From Parcubacteria bacterium C7867-006 (lineage in GTDB: Bacteria; Patescibacteriota; Minisyncoccia; Phycocordibacterales; DATDWN01), in contig LFCP01000001.1 in NCBI GenBank assembly GCA_001189155.1, positions 147,779 to 211,778 on the forward strand: DNA of 64,000 bases, in the 5' to 3' direction. The notes under the pieces were generated by a model. The model saw only the letters and a list, made by a program, of their open reading frames with translations, was not told where the DNA came from and did not search any database. Made by a program: the position numbers and the translations under genes. This document shows positions 37,783 through 47,406 of the stretch, piece by piece. Position 1 is the first letter of the stretch. Each line of letters begins with the position of its first letter.

Positions 37783-37904
37783 ATTCAGGTCTTTTTATCC
37801 AATTTCTGCGTTGGAATTTCAAAAATATTCGTCACCTTAGTGTTAAACTAAGGTTTCTCATATTTTTTTATTCCGCCTTGAACTTGAATAAAAATCCACT
37901 GAAT
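37783..37904. repeat. 122-nt rod-like inverted repeat after gap
   Basis: Nested arms ATTCAG/CTGAAT, TTTTTAT/ATAAAAA, GGAAT/ATTCC, AAAAATAT/ATATTTTT, ACCTTAG/CTAAGGT. Confidence 0.7.
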
Positions 37905-37943
37905 TATTTTTCAATACGTGTTTAGTAATGGTATAATATCTCC

Positions 37944-38390
37944 ATGCGAATCTATATAGGTTCAGATCATGCTGGTTTTGAGATGAAGAGAAATCTCATT
38001 GCATTTTTGATTGAACAAGGATTAGAAGTCTATGATTGTGGTCCAAAAGAATATAACCACGAAGATGATTACCCAGACTACATCTCTGTAGTAGCATCCA
38101 GCGTTTCAAAAGACAAGGACTCGAAAGGAATTGTTTTGGGTTGGTCAGGACAGGGTGAGGCTATGGTGGCCAATCGTTTTCCAAATGTTCGTTGTTCTCT
38201 TTACTATGGTGGTTCAAAACATATATTAACTTTAGCTAGAGATCATAATGATTCAAATGTACTTTCATTAGCTTCTCATTTTATTACAACTCAAGAGGCT
38301 AGGGAGGCTGTGCTTTTATGGCTCCATACTCCATTTTCAGGTGAGCCAAGACATATTCGTAGAATAAAGAAAATAGAACAGTATGACTAA
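37944..38390 (+). CDS. rpiB: Ribose-5-phosphate isomerase B
   Basis: IGSDHAGF, DDYPD, SGQG, HNDSNVL, RHIRRI. Confidence 0.93.
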   Translation: MRIYIGSDHAGFEMKRNLIAFLIEQGLEVYDCGPKEYNHEDDYPDYISVVASSVSKDKDSKGIVLGWSGQGEAMVANRFPNVRCSLYYGGSKHILTLARDHNDSNVLSLASHFITTQEAREAVLLWLHTPFSGEPRHIRRIKKIEQYD

Positions 38391-39054
38391 AGTCCTGCCA
38401 GCCATTATTCCTGTAAATAAAGTTCAGTTGGAAGAAGAAATTAATAAAGTTTCTAGTTTTGCTGATTTTATTCAAGTTGACATCGCAGATGGAACTTTTG
38501 CTCCTGTTAAAACTTGGCCATATAACAGCAGAGACGAAGAATATTTTGAACAACTAAAAACTCAAAATACTGGTTGGCCAAAATGGGAGTATGTTGATAT
38601 AGAACTTCATATGATGGTATCCAATCCAGAGAATATTTTGGAGGAATGGATTTCAACTGGTATTTCTTCTGTTGTTGTACACATAGAAGCAACAGAAAAT
38701 TTTCAAAAAATTATAGATATTTGTAAAAACAATGAAGTTTCTGTTGGAGTTGCTGTAAAACCAAGTACAGATATTTCAAAAATAGAATCGATAGTCTCCC
38801 AAATAGATTTTATTCAAGTTATGGGTTCAGATAACATAGGTAGACATGGAGTTGAGCTTGAAGAAAAAGCTATTGAGAGAATAAAAGAATTGCGAAAGCT
38901 TTATCCAGAGCGTATAATTGCTATTGATATAGGTGTAACGACTGAAACCGCAGAGAATCTGGTAAGGGCTGGTGCAAATAAATTAATCTCTGGCGGTGCA
39001 ATACTGAATTCAGAAAATCCGGAGGAGGTTTTTGATTTTCTATCATCTCTTTAA
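38383..39054 (+). CDS. rpe: Ribulose-phosphate 3-epimerase
   Basis: QVDIADGTF, ELHMMV, VVVHIE, QVMG, IDIGV, GANKLISG. Confidence 0.88.
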   Translation: MTKVLPAIIPVNKVQLEEEINKVSSFADFIQVDIADGTFAPVKTWPYNSRDEEYFEQLKTQNTGWPKWEYVDIELHMMVSNPENILEEWISTGISSVVVHIEATENFQKIIDICKNNEVSVGVAVKPSTDISKIESIVSQIDFIQVMGSDNIGRHGVELEEKAIERIKELRKLYPERIIAIDIGVTTETAENLVRAGANKLISGGAILNSENPEEVFDFLSSL

Positions 39055-39055
39055 A

Positions 39056-39958
39056 ATGGCAATGCCAAATTTAACAGACGACAAAATAAAGTTCCTTGAG
39101 GAAAAGGCTAAGGCGATACGCATTTCAATCATAGAAATGCTTGTTGCTGCTGGATCAGGACATTCTGCAGGTCCACTTGGTATGTCTGATATTTTTGCCG
39201 CACTTTATTTTTTTATACTTAGACACAACCCCGCAGAACCATTTTGGGAGGAAAGAGACAGACTTATTCTTTCAAATGGCCACATAAATCCAGTTTTATA
39301 TGCAACGATGGCTCACGCTGGTTATTTTCCTGTTTCTGAACTTTTGACATTACGAAAGTTCGGTACTCGTCTTCAGGGGCATCCACACAGAGAGTATTTA
39401 CCAATGTTGGAAAATAGTTCTGGGCCTTTGGGTTCTGGATTGTCACAGGCTGTTGGAATGGCGATTGCAGACAGGATGGATAAAGGAAAAACTTCAGATA
39501 GATTTTTTTATTGTTTGCTTGGTGATGGAGAATTGGATGAGGGACAGAACTGGGAGGCTATAATGTTAGCTAATAAAGAAAGATTGGGGAATCTAATAGT
39601 TTTTGTAGATAGAAATAATATTCAGATAGATGGGTATACGGAGGATGTTATGCCTCTCGATTCTGTTCTGCATAAGTTCGAGTCATTCGGTTGGCATGCA
39701 GAGGAGATTGACGGTCACAACTTTGCGGAGATTATCGCAGCTGTAGGACGTGCACAGGCTGTCTTTGATGGTCCTAGTGTAATAGTAGCGCGAACAATCC
39801 CAGGAAAAGGAGTTTCATTTATGGAGCGTGATTATAAATGGCACGGCAATCCACCAGGAACAGATATTCCAGGTGAACCACCAAAAGATGAACAAGCAAA
39901 GATAGCTTTGCATGACTTGAGAACGTTAGGTGGACAAATAACTTCAGAACACCAATAA
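39056..39958 (+). CDS. Transketolase, N-terminal subunit
   Basis: SGHSAG, DRLILSNGH, LQGHP, GDGELDEG...DRN ThDP motif. Confidence 0.93.
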   Translation: MAMPNLTDDKIKFLEEKAKAIRISIIEMLVAAGSGHSAGPLGMSDIFAALYFFILRHNPAEPFWEERDRLILSNGHINPVLYATMAHAGYFPVSELLTLRKFGTRLQGHPHREYLPMLENSSGPLGSGLSQAVGMAIADRMDKGKTSDRFFYCLLGDGELDEGQNWEAIMLANKERLGNLIVFVDRNNIQIDGYTEDVMPLDSVLHKFESFGWHAEEIDGHNFAEIIAAVGRAQAVFDGPSVIVARTIPGKGVSFMERDYKWHGNPPGTDIPGEPPKDEQAKIALHDLRTLGGQITSEHQ

Positions 39959-39959
39959 A

Positions 39960-40958
39960 ATGATTAACTTAATCCAAAAATTAAATCCAAAGATTTTTGA
40001 TAAAAAGGTAGAACAGGTACCTATTCGCCAGGGATTTGGTGAAGGTTTAGTTATTGCTGGAGAAAACAATACTCAGGTTGTGGGACTTTGTTCTGATTTA
40101 ACAGAGTCAACAAAAATGCATTTGTTCAGAGATAAATTCCCAGAAAGATTTGTTGAGATTGGTATTGCAGAGCAGAATTTAGCTTCGGTTGCTTCTGGAA
40201 TGTCTGCAATGGGAAAGATACCTTTCATATCTAGCTACGCAATGTTTTCTCCTGGTAGGAATTGGGAACAAATCAGAACCACTATTTGTTACAACGATAG
40301 ACCTGTAGTTATTGCTGGAAGTCATGCCGGAGTTTCTGTTGGTCCAGATGGAGGAACCCATCAAGCCATAGAAGATCTTGCTATTACTCGTGTAATACCA
40401 AATATGGTAGTTATTTCTCCTTGTGATGCTATAGAAGCAAAGAAAGCCACAATAGCGGCAGCAGAACTCAAAAAACCTGTTTACATAAGACTGGCTAGAG
40501 AAAAAACTCCAGTCATAACAACAGAATCAACACCGTTTGAAATTGGTAAAGCTCAAATATATTTTGGAGAAGAAAAGGGAAAGGCTGATGTGGGAATTAT
40601 TGCTACTGGGGCATTGCTATACAAGGCTCTCAAAGTTGCAGAAGCTTTAAAAAAAGATGACATAACAGCAAAGGTTTTAAATATTTCTACAATTAAACCA
40701 ATAGATACTGATGCAGTTATAAATATTGCAAAAACTTGCGGAGCGATAGTCACTGTTGAGGAGCACCAGATTATTGGGGGACTCGGTTCAGCTGTTTCAG
40801 AAGTTCTAGTGCAAAATTTTCCTGTGCCACAGGAGTTTATTGGGGTTCATGATAAGTTCGGACAGAGTGGTAAGCCAGATGAACTTATTGAACATTATGA
40901 AATGGGGGAGAAAAGTATTTTATTGGCAGTCAAAAAAGTTATAGGGAGGAAAAATTAA
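39960..40958 (+). CDS. Transketolase, C-terminal subunit
   Basis: GIAEQN, GPDGGTHQ, PVYIRL, TVEEH. Confidence 0.93.
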   Translation: MINLIQKLNPKIFDKKVEQVPIRQGFGEGLVIAGENNTQVVGLCSDLTESTKMHLFRDKFPERFVEIGIAEQNLASVASGMSAMGKIPFISSYAMFSPGRNWEQIRTTICYNDRPVVIAGSHAGVSVGPDGGTHQAIEDLAITRVIPNMVVISPCDAIEAKKATIAAAELKKPVYIRLAREKTPVITTESTPFEIGKAQIYFGEEKGKADVGIIATGALLYKALKVAEALKKDDITAKVLNISTIKPIDTDAVINIAKTCGAIVTVEEHQIIGGLGSAVSEVLVQNFPVPQEFIGVHDKFGQSGKPDELIEHYEMGEKSILLAVKKVIGRKN

Positions 40959-40984
40959 ATTTTTTAAAGGTTGGTTTTTGTAAT

Positions 40985-41013
40985 GTGAAAAGCGCCGAGT
41001 TCCGGCGCTTCAC
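40985..41013. terminator. Hairpin at the 3' end of cassette 3
   Basis: AAGCGCCG-agttc-CGGCGCTT flanked by GTG/CAC. Confidence 0.6.
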
Positions 41014-41023
41014 CTCCTTTGGT

Positions 41024-41416
41024 TTAGAAATGAACGATGTTGATGTGGTTGTCGGTGAGAGTTGGGATTGCGACGTCGAGGATGGCCGGCATTGCCAGTT
41101 TGTCCATCTCGGACATCTTGATGAGTATATCTGACACACGGATCTCTCCGTTGGTTGGCAGTCCGCAGAGTGTTGAAAATTCTTTCGCTCCCCAGACTTC
41201 GAATCCAACGTAGTTTTTCTTTCCGTCTTCTTCGTGGTTCCGCCGAAGAAGAGACAGATGAGTTCCTTTGATGAACTCCTCTGTTGTAGAGCAGTCCTCA
41301 ACAATGACCGAAATCATGTCGAGTTCGTCGCTGTATGTAATACAGGGACGAAACGCCAGTCTCCCCGTGAGCCAACCCGAGAATATTTCATCTAAGGTTT
41401 GATTTTCCACATTCAC
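41024..41416 (-). CDS. GC-rich orphan protein (cassette 3), DUF2283-like pattern
   Basis: TTGAGT-17 nt-TACAAT promoter (41457-41429); GAGGT SD (true start may be GTG 41410); YSDELDMISV...YVGFEV resembles DUF2283. Confidence 0.65.
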   Translation of the reverse strand: MNVENQTLDEIFSGWLTGRLAFRPCITYSDELDMISVIVEDCSTTEEFIKGTHLSLLRRNHEEDGKKNYVGFEVWGAKEFSTLCGLPTNGEIRVSDILIKMSEMDKLAMPAILDVAIPTLTDNHINIVHF

Positions 41417-41467
41417 CTCTAGATTTTTATTGTAACAGATGGATCGTAGTAACTCAATGGATTTTTA

Positions 41468-42457
41468 CTAGATTTTTTTGATTTTATAATCTTCAGGAGC
41501 TTTGGCTAGATATTCTTCAATTTTTTCTGGAGAAAGTAATCCTTTTTGAGCTCCGACATGTTGTGTAACTGACATTGCGTTTATTGGTGCCCATGTTAGA
41601 GCCTCTCCTAGAGTTTTACCTTGAGCTAAAATAGATACAACTGTTGATGCATAGGCATCGCCAGCTCCAGTTCTGTCTATTGGTGTGTGTGGATATACGG
41701 ACATAAACCACATATCGCCAGTTGATGACTCAAATGCATAAGCTCCTTCAAAACCATCTGTTATAACTACAGTTTTTGGTCCAAGAGCACTAATGCCTTT
41801 CATGAGTGTAGGTAGGTCGCGACTAGTTTCGTTTAATATTTTCTGTGATTCTTCAACGTTACAGAAAAAAATCTCACTATTTTTATATATTCTTTCTAAT
41901 TCTTTCGCTCCCATTTTTATTTGAAATGTTCCTGGCTGAAAAGCTAGTTTTGTTTCCGGATGACTCTCGACAAAATCAACTATTTGCATTTGGAAATCAA
42001 AAGTATTGTCTCCTAGTGATGAAAGATAAATCCATCTTGGAGCTTCTTCTACTTTGAAATCATATTTATAGTGTTCGTGTTTAACCAAAATAGTTCTGTC
42101 TACGTCATACCATAGTACGTAATGGTAGTTTGTTTTATTTGCCGGGTCTATATGAACGTATTTTGTTTCAACTTTATCGTTTTGAAGAGAGGTTAGACAT
42201 TCTTTTCCATCTTTATCATCTCCTACATATGCATATAGTGCAGAGGATAGACCTAGTCGTGAGGCTGATACTGCTGCATTAGCACTGTTTCCAACCGCAT
42301 AACATATTTCCACTGATTCATATGGAACTTTGTCACCATAACGAACACAGAGCTTGCAGTTTTTGTTGTGATCATCACATTTCACTTCTGCATCATTCAT
42401 TTTTATAAAAGCATCTACTACTATGTCGCCAATGGCCAGTATATCTATATTTTTCAT
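41468..42457 (-). CDS. PfkB-family carbohydrate kinase
   Basis: GNSANAAVSASRLG, FCNVEE, ITDG, DRTGAGDAY. Confidence 0.92.
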   Translation of the reverse strand: MKNIDILAIGDIVVDAFIKMNDAEVKCDDHNKNCKLCVRYGDKVPYESVEICYAVGNSANAAVSASRLGLSSALYAYVGDDKDGKECLTSLQNDKVETKYVHIDPANKTNYHYVLWYDVDRTILVKHEHYKYDFKVEEAPRWIYLSSLGDNTFDFQMQIVDFVESHPETKLAFQPGTFQIKMGAKELERIYKNSEIFFCNVEESQKILNETSRDLPTLMKGISALGPKTVVITDGFEGAYAFESSTGDMWFMSVYPHTPIDRTGAGDAYASTVVSILAQGKTLGEALTWAPINAMSVTQHVGAQKGLLSPEKIEEYLAKAPEDYKIKKI

Positions 42458-42503
42458 ATGAAAAGTATAGCATGACCTATCTGGCGTGTGCTACAATATT
42501 GCA

Positions 42504-43370
42504 ATGAAAACATTAAAACAATCAGTACTCGAGGCACGAGAAAAAAAGGTAGCAATCGGCCATTTTAATATTTCTAACTTGGAGGCTTTTTGGGGTATTT
42601 TTAGAGCAGCACAGTCACTAGATGTCCCTGTTATTATTGGAGTTTCAGAAGGGGAAAGGGATTTTGTTGGTGTAAAACAAGCAGTAGCTTTGGTAAAAAG
42701 TATTCGTGAGGAATACGACTATCCTATTTATTTAAATGCTGATCACACTTACTCATTTGAGAGAGTAAAGGAGGCAATAGATGCTGGTTTTGATTCTGTT
42801 ATTATAGACGGAGCAAAACTTTCTTTTGAGGAGAATGTAAAACTGACAAAACAGTGTGTCGAGTATGCCCGCTCTAGTGGTAGAGAAGTTTTGGTTGAAG
42901 GAGAGCTTGGATATATTGGTCAGTCATCAAAAATTTTAGATGAGATACCAGAGGGGGTAGTTTTAGACGAGAGTTCTCTTACTGATCCAGTAAAGGCCAA
43001 AGAATTTGTTGAGTTAACTGGTGTAGATATGTTGGCTCCAGCTATAGGAAACTTTCACGGTATGCTCCGGGGTGGTGTAGATCCAAAATTAAATATAGAA
43101 AGAGTAAAGCAAATCGCTGATTCGACTAGTATTCCTCTAGTTTTACACGGAGGTTCTGGCAATTCTGAAGACGATTTTAAACAGTCCATAGCAAACGGTA
43201 TAGCTATAGTACACATAAATACAGAAATACGTGTAGCTTATAAGCAAGGACTCCAAATAGGGCTTTCCGAGAACCCAGATGAGGTTGCTCCATATAAATT
43301 TCTAAAGCAGTCAGTAAAAGCGGTTCGAGATGTTGTTACAGACAAGTTAAGATTTTTTAATAACTTATAA
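42504..43370 (+). CDS. fba: Class II fructose-bisphosphate aldolase
   Basis: LNADH, SVIIDG, VEGELG, AIGNFHG, LVLHGGSG, HINT; start re-assigned to ATG 42504. Confidence 0.93.
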   Translation: MKTLKQSVLEAREKKVAIGHFNISNLEAFWGIFRAAQSLDVPVIIGVSEGERDFVGVKQAVALVKSIREEYDYPIYLNADHTYSFERVKEAIDAGFDSVIIDGAKLSFEENVKLTKQCVEYARSSGREVLVEGELGYIGQSSKILDEIPEGVVLDESSLTDPVKAKEFVELTGVDMLAPAIGNFHGMLRGGVDPKLNIERVKQIADSTSIPLVLHGGSGNSEDDFKQSIANGIAIVHINTEIRVAYKQGLQIGLSENPDEVAPYKFLKQSVKAVRDVVTDKLRFFNNL

Positions 43371-43418
43371 TTTTGTTTATTAAGTGTTTTATTGTATAAA
43401 TGTTGTCGGAGGCTGCGC

Positions 43419-43637
43419 ATGATGGATGATGATATTCCACCGGTCACCCTTGATGAGGCTTTCGAGATCTGTCAGCGAGCGTTCGCTGGTGGTCACGTTG
43501 ACCATGAAAGGGTCCTAGACATCAAGGCCTACTGTTACGTTGATGACAACTTCGCAATCGCTCTGTATGAGAGGTTGCATCTGTCTGGGCATTTCGTTAT
43601 GTCAGCTCTGGACCGTGCCGTCTATGAAAGTCTATAG
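43419..43637 (+). CDS. GC-rich orphan small protein (cassette 4, 72 aa)
   Basis: cGGAGGctgcgcATG; over 50% GC in spot count; 3' hairpins. Confidence 0.62.
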   Translation: MMDDDIPPVTLDEAFEICQRAFAGGHVDHERVLDIKAYCYVDDNFAIALYERLHLSGHFVMSALDRAVYESL

Positions 43638-43668
43638 ACGGCAACGGATAACAACATCTCGTCCGCAC

Positions 43669-43693
43669 GAAAACTCGTCGCGGGCGAGTTTTC
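43669..43693 (+). terminator. Terminator-like hairpin of cassette 4
   Basis: GAAAACTCGTC-gcg-GGCGAGTTTTC. Confidence 0.65.
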
Positions 43694-43740
43694 AATTATA
43701 TAGGGGTTGATTAATTTAGACTTTTTGTTATACTACCCGA

Positions 43741-44382
43741 ATGATTAATTTAGAAGCACAACTACGAGACAAGGCAGTTAGTCTTGATATTTTAAAGAAA
43801 GAGGCAAAAATGCCAGCTGTTTTTTATGGGAAAAAGACAGAGTCAACACCTATTTCAGTATTGAAAAAGGATTTTATTGCTGTTTGGAAAAAAGCGGGTG
43901 AGTCTGGAGTTGTTACTATTAAAACAGAAAAAGGAACAGTTGATACTCTTATTCAGGATGTTGATGTAGATCCAGTTACAGACATTCCACGACATGCTGA
44001 CTTTTATGTATTCGAGAAAGGAAAGAAGGTTGAAGTTTCAGTTCCTCTAGAATTTGTTGGAGTTTCTCCAGCAGTAAAGGATCTAGGCGGTCTTTTGGTT
44101 AAATCTCTTCATGATTTGAAGATTTCTGCGGATCCTCAGAGTATCCCACACGTTATCGAAGTTGATATCTCATCTCTTGTTGATTTTTCAAGTCAAATAC
44201 TTGCTTCACAGGTTAAACTACCTGCAGGAGTAAATCTAATAGAAAATCCAGATGAAGTTGTTGCTTCTGCTTCAGCTCCTAGAGAGGAACTTGTTGAAGA
44301 ATCAGCTCCAATCGATCTATCAGCTATTGAGGTTGAGAAGAAAGGTAAGAAAGAAGAGGAGGGAGAAGAAGCTACCGCTTAA
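43741..44382 (+). CDS. rplY: 50S ribosomal protein L25 (long CTC form)
   Basis: MPAVFYGK, HADFY, VSVPLEFVG, acidic tail. Confidence 0.93.
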   Translation: MINLEAQLRDKAVSLDILKKEAKMPAVFYGKKTESTPISVLKKDFIAVWKKAGESGVVTIKTEKGTVDTLIQDVDVDPVTDIPRHADFYVFEKGKKVEVSVPLEFVGVSPAVKDLGGLLVKSLHDLKISADPQSIPHVIEVDISSLVDFSSQILASQVKLPAGVNLIENPDEVVASASAPREELVEESAPIDLSAIEVEKKGKKEEEGEEATA

Positions 44383-44487
44383 TTGTAACTATTTTAAATA
44401 TGTTTCGTCTAAAAGAGAGCTACAAGGCTCTTTTTTGGTAATAAAAGTAAGAGACAAAACCTGTCCTTGTAGTGTATAATCTTAAAG

Positions 44488-45867
44488 ATGTTATCACGGT
44501 TATTTTTATTTTTTAAAAATCAGTTTTTCGGCAAATCCTTGTTATTTTTAGGCGTTATTTGCCTTTTTGTATTTAGTTATTCTGTAACTTTTGCCATTAC
44601 TCCTGAGGAGCAGGATGCTATTTGGAGAGCGGAATTGGCTCAAACAGAAGCAGATATAGCTAAATGGCAAAGTATTTTGAATAGTACACAAGCTAATACA
44701 AAATCTCTTCAACAAGAGGCTGCCCTTTTGAATGCAAAAATAAAAGAAGCTCAAGCTACAATAAAAAAGAAAAATATTGCAATACAACAGTTGGGAGTTG
44801 ATATACAAAATAGGGTAAAAAAAATCAGTGATTTAGAAAATAAAATAGAAAAAGGTCACGAGTCTTTAGCTCAGCTAATCCGTCAAACGAACGAGATAGA
44901 TCAGTCTTCATTGCCCGAGGTTGTTTTGGGTAATAAAGACATATCAGATTTTTTTGCTGATGTTGATTCATTTCAAATGATAAAAAGATCTCTTAAAGAA
45001 TTATTTGCCGAAATAAGAGATACTAAAAATCTTACAGAGAAAGAAAAAGAGGCTCTGGATAAAAAGAAAGACCAAGAGTTGGATACAAAAGCTAGTATTG
45101 AGGCTCAAAAGAAAGCAGTTGAAGCAAATGAAAAAGAAAAGCAGTATCTAATTACTGTGAACAAAACTCAAGAAAAAACTTATTCACAAGTTATTGCTGA
45201 TAGGCAGGCAAAAGCAAACGAAATAAGAGCAAAACTTTTCAAACTTGCTGGAGGTGGGGCAGCTATTCCTTTTGGTACAGCTCTTGTATATGCTCAAAAC
45301 GCTTCAGCAAAAACTGGTGTTTCTCCAGCTTTTGTCTTGGCCATCCTTACTCAAGAGAGTAATCTGGGGGCAAATGTTGGTAAGTGTTATGTTACAGATT
45401 TGAAAACAGGAACTGGTGTAAATACTGCTGGTACAAAGACATTTTCTAATGTTATGAAAGCTCCAAGAGACACCGTGCCTTTTGTTGAAATATTGAACAA
45501 TCTCGGATACAGCACAGAAAAGACAGTGGTTTCTTGTCCTATTGCGGGTGTAGCTGGTTACGGTGGAGCTATGGGTCCAGCGCAGTTTATTCCATCAACT
45601 TGGAAAATATTTGAAGACAGACTATTGAGTGTTCTGGGACACAATGCTAATCCATGGAATCCAGAAGACGCATTTATGGCTTCTGCTATGTATCTAGGAG
45701 ACCTTGGTGCTGGAAGCGGTACATATAGTGGGGAAATAAAGGCAGCTTGTAGGTATTACGGTAGTGGTGGGACAAGTTGTTCTTATGGTAAAAGCGTTAT
45801 GAAGCTTAAAGATAGTATTCAAGCAGATATCGAATACCTTCAGCAGTACGGTATTTCTAGACGGTAG
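44488..45867 (+). CDS. Secreted coiled-coil lytic murein transglycosylase (PcsB/CwlO-like N-terminus plus SLT domain)
   Basis: Signal peptide, long coiled coil, AILTQESNLG, GAMGPAQFIPSTW. Confidence 0.85.
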   Translation: MLSRLFLFFKNQFFGKSLLFLGVICLFVFSYSVTFAITPEEQDAIWRAELAQTEADIAKWQSILNSTQANTKSLQQEAALLNAKIKEAQATIKKKNIAIQQLGVDIQNRVKKISDLENKIEKGHESLAQLIRQTNEIDQSSLPEVVLGNKDISDFFADVDSFQMIKRSLKELFAEIRDTKNLTEKEKEALDKKKDQELDTKASIEAQKKAVEANEKEKQYLITVNKTQEKTYSQVIADRQAKANEIRAKLFKLAGGGAAIPFGTALVYAQNASAKTGVSPAFVLAILTQESNLGANVGKCYVTDLKTGTGVNTAGTKTFSNVMKAPRDTVPFVEILNNLGYSTEKTVVSCPIAGVAGYGGAMGPAQFIPSTWKIFEDRLLSVLGHNANPWNPEDAFMASAMYLGDLGAGSGTYSGEIKAACRYYGSGGTSCSYGKSVMKLKDSIQADIEYLQQYGISRR

Positions 45868-45902
45868 ACAAAATAAGCCTATTTTGGTAGAGTAATCTGG
45901 CA

Positions 45903-46166
45903 ATGAAAAAAGATATACATCCACAAAACTATAGACCAGTACTATTTATCGACAACTCAAATGGCGCTGAGTTTATTATTTCTTCTACTGTAGAAACTAA
46001 AGAGACAGCAAAATCAAAGGCTGATAAGAAAGAATACCCTGTTTACCGAGTTGAAATTTCAAGTGCATCGCACCCTTTCTATACTGGAAACGAGAAATCT
46101 CTAGATACAGCTGGTAGAGCAGAGAAGTTCCGAGCACGAGTTGCTAAAGCGAAAAAATCTAAGTAA
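45903..46166 (+). CDS. rpmE2: 50S ribosomal protein L31 type B (Zn-free)
   Basis: MKKDIHPQNYRPVLFID...EISSASHPFYTG...DTAGRAEKF; no Cys. Confidence 0.93.
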   Translation: MKKDIHPQNYRPVLFIDNSNGAEFIISSTVETKETAKSKADKKEYPVYRVEISSASHPFYTGNEKSLDTAGRAEKFRARVAKAKKSK

Positions 46167-46294
46167 CGAAGTTTCTTTTTCCTCATAACTTTTCCGTCAC
46201 CGGAATAATTTTCTGCTGAAAATTTTCCTCGCGCTCATGTATCCACTCATTCCGCGATGTGCCGTAAAAGTTACGAGTTCGACGAAACTTCGTT
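46165..46294. repeat. 130-nt rod-like inverted repeat after rpmE2
   Basis: AACGAAGTTTC/GAAACTTCGTT; CTCATAACTTTT/AAAAGTTACGAG; CGGAAT/ATTCCG. Confidence 0.7.
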
Positions 46295-46318
46295 TTTTGT
46301 TATGCTAAACTTAAACCA

Positions 46319-47296
46319 ATGGACCTAGAAAAATTTTTACAAAACCCAAAGACTGCATACCTAGCTCAGAGCTATAAGGCTCTTTTAGAGCAAGAGTCTT
46401 CTACAGAGCAAATGATAGAGAGTGATCCTTCACTTGCTGAGTTAGCGTACTCAGAACTTGAGGGTCTGAAAGAGCAAAAAGAAGCTCTTATGAAACAAAT
46501 GCAAGAGATTGTTTTTGAGGAGGAAAAAGAGGAAGAGTTTCCTAATGAGATTATTCTTGAAGTTAGAGCTGGGGCAGGAGGTGAAGAAGCATCTATTTTT
46601 GCCGAAGATTTGGCTCATATGTATACACGATACGCAGAAAACCAAGGTTGGTCTGTTTCTCCAATAGACGAGTCTAGGAGTGCGGTGGGGGGTTACAAAG
46701 AAGCCTCTTTTGAGATACGAGGACGTGATGTTTATAAACAACTTCGTTTTGAAACAGGTGTTCACAGAGTTCAGAGAATCCCGGCTACAGAGAAAATGGG
46801 GCGTGTTCACACTTCAACAGCAACGGTTGCCGTGCTTCCTGTACGAAAGAAAACTAGTATTGAAATAAAACCAAGTGATTTGGAAATTGAGACATCTCGT
46901 TCTGGTGGCGCTGGAGGACAGAATGTTAACAAAGTGGAAACGGCTGTAAGAATTATACATAAACCAACAGGAATAGATGTTCGCTCTACATCACAGCGAA
47001 GTCAGCTCAAAAATCGTGAAGCGGCAATGAGTATTTTGATAGCAAAACTGGAAAGAATGAAAGAAGAAGAGGAAGCTGCAAAGTATTCAGCAGATAGAAA
47101 GTCACAAGTTGGAACCGCTGATAGATCAGAGAAAATAAGAACATATAATATCCTACAAGACCGTATAACAGACCACCGTATTAAGCAGTCTTGGCACAAT
47201 ATTGAGAAGATTCTAGCTGGGGGACTAGAGCCAATAGTGGAGGCAATGGAGGGCTTTGATGGAACTAGTGTAAATAGTGGAGACTCTGATGAGTAA
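46319..47296 (+). CDS. prfA: Peptide chain release factor 1
   Basis: [23 protein letters not shown] (PxT), [12 protein letters not shown]. Confidence 0.93.
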   Translation: MDLEKFLQNPKTAYLAQSYKALLEQESSTEQMIESDPSLAELAYSELEGLKEQKEALMKQMQEIVFEEEKEEEFPNEIILEVRAGAGGEEASIFAEDLAHMYTRYAENQGWSVSPIDESRSAVGGYKEASFEIRGRDVYKQLRFETGVHRVQRIPATEKMGRVHTSTATVAVLPVRKKTSIEIKPSDLEIETSRSGGAGGQNVNKVETAVRIIHKPTGIDVRSTSQRSQLKNREAAMSILIAKLERMKEEEEAAKYSADRKSQVGTADRSEKIRTYNILQDRITDHRIKQSWHNIEKILAGGLEPIVEAMEGFDGTSVNSGDSDE

Positions 47297-47340
47297 TTAA
47301 AAAACCTCTAGAAATAGAGTTTTTTTACTATATAAAATAC

Positions 47341-47369
47341 TTGACAAATATATTATATAGTAGTATAAT
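47341..47369 (+). promoter_or_regulatory. Consensus sigma70 promoter of cassette 5
   Basis: TTGACA-17 nt-TATAAT, exact. Confidence 0.8.
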
Positions 47370-47406
47370 TATTAAAGATCTAACAATTTCCTTGAAAGGG
47401 GAAACA

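Noticed and set aside
35511-46294. Rods as canonical integron attC sites
   Set aside because: The ends do not match RYYYAAC/GTTRRRY, the flanking genes are housekeeping, and no integron integrase is in the window. I kept this only as an analogy.
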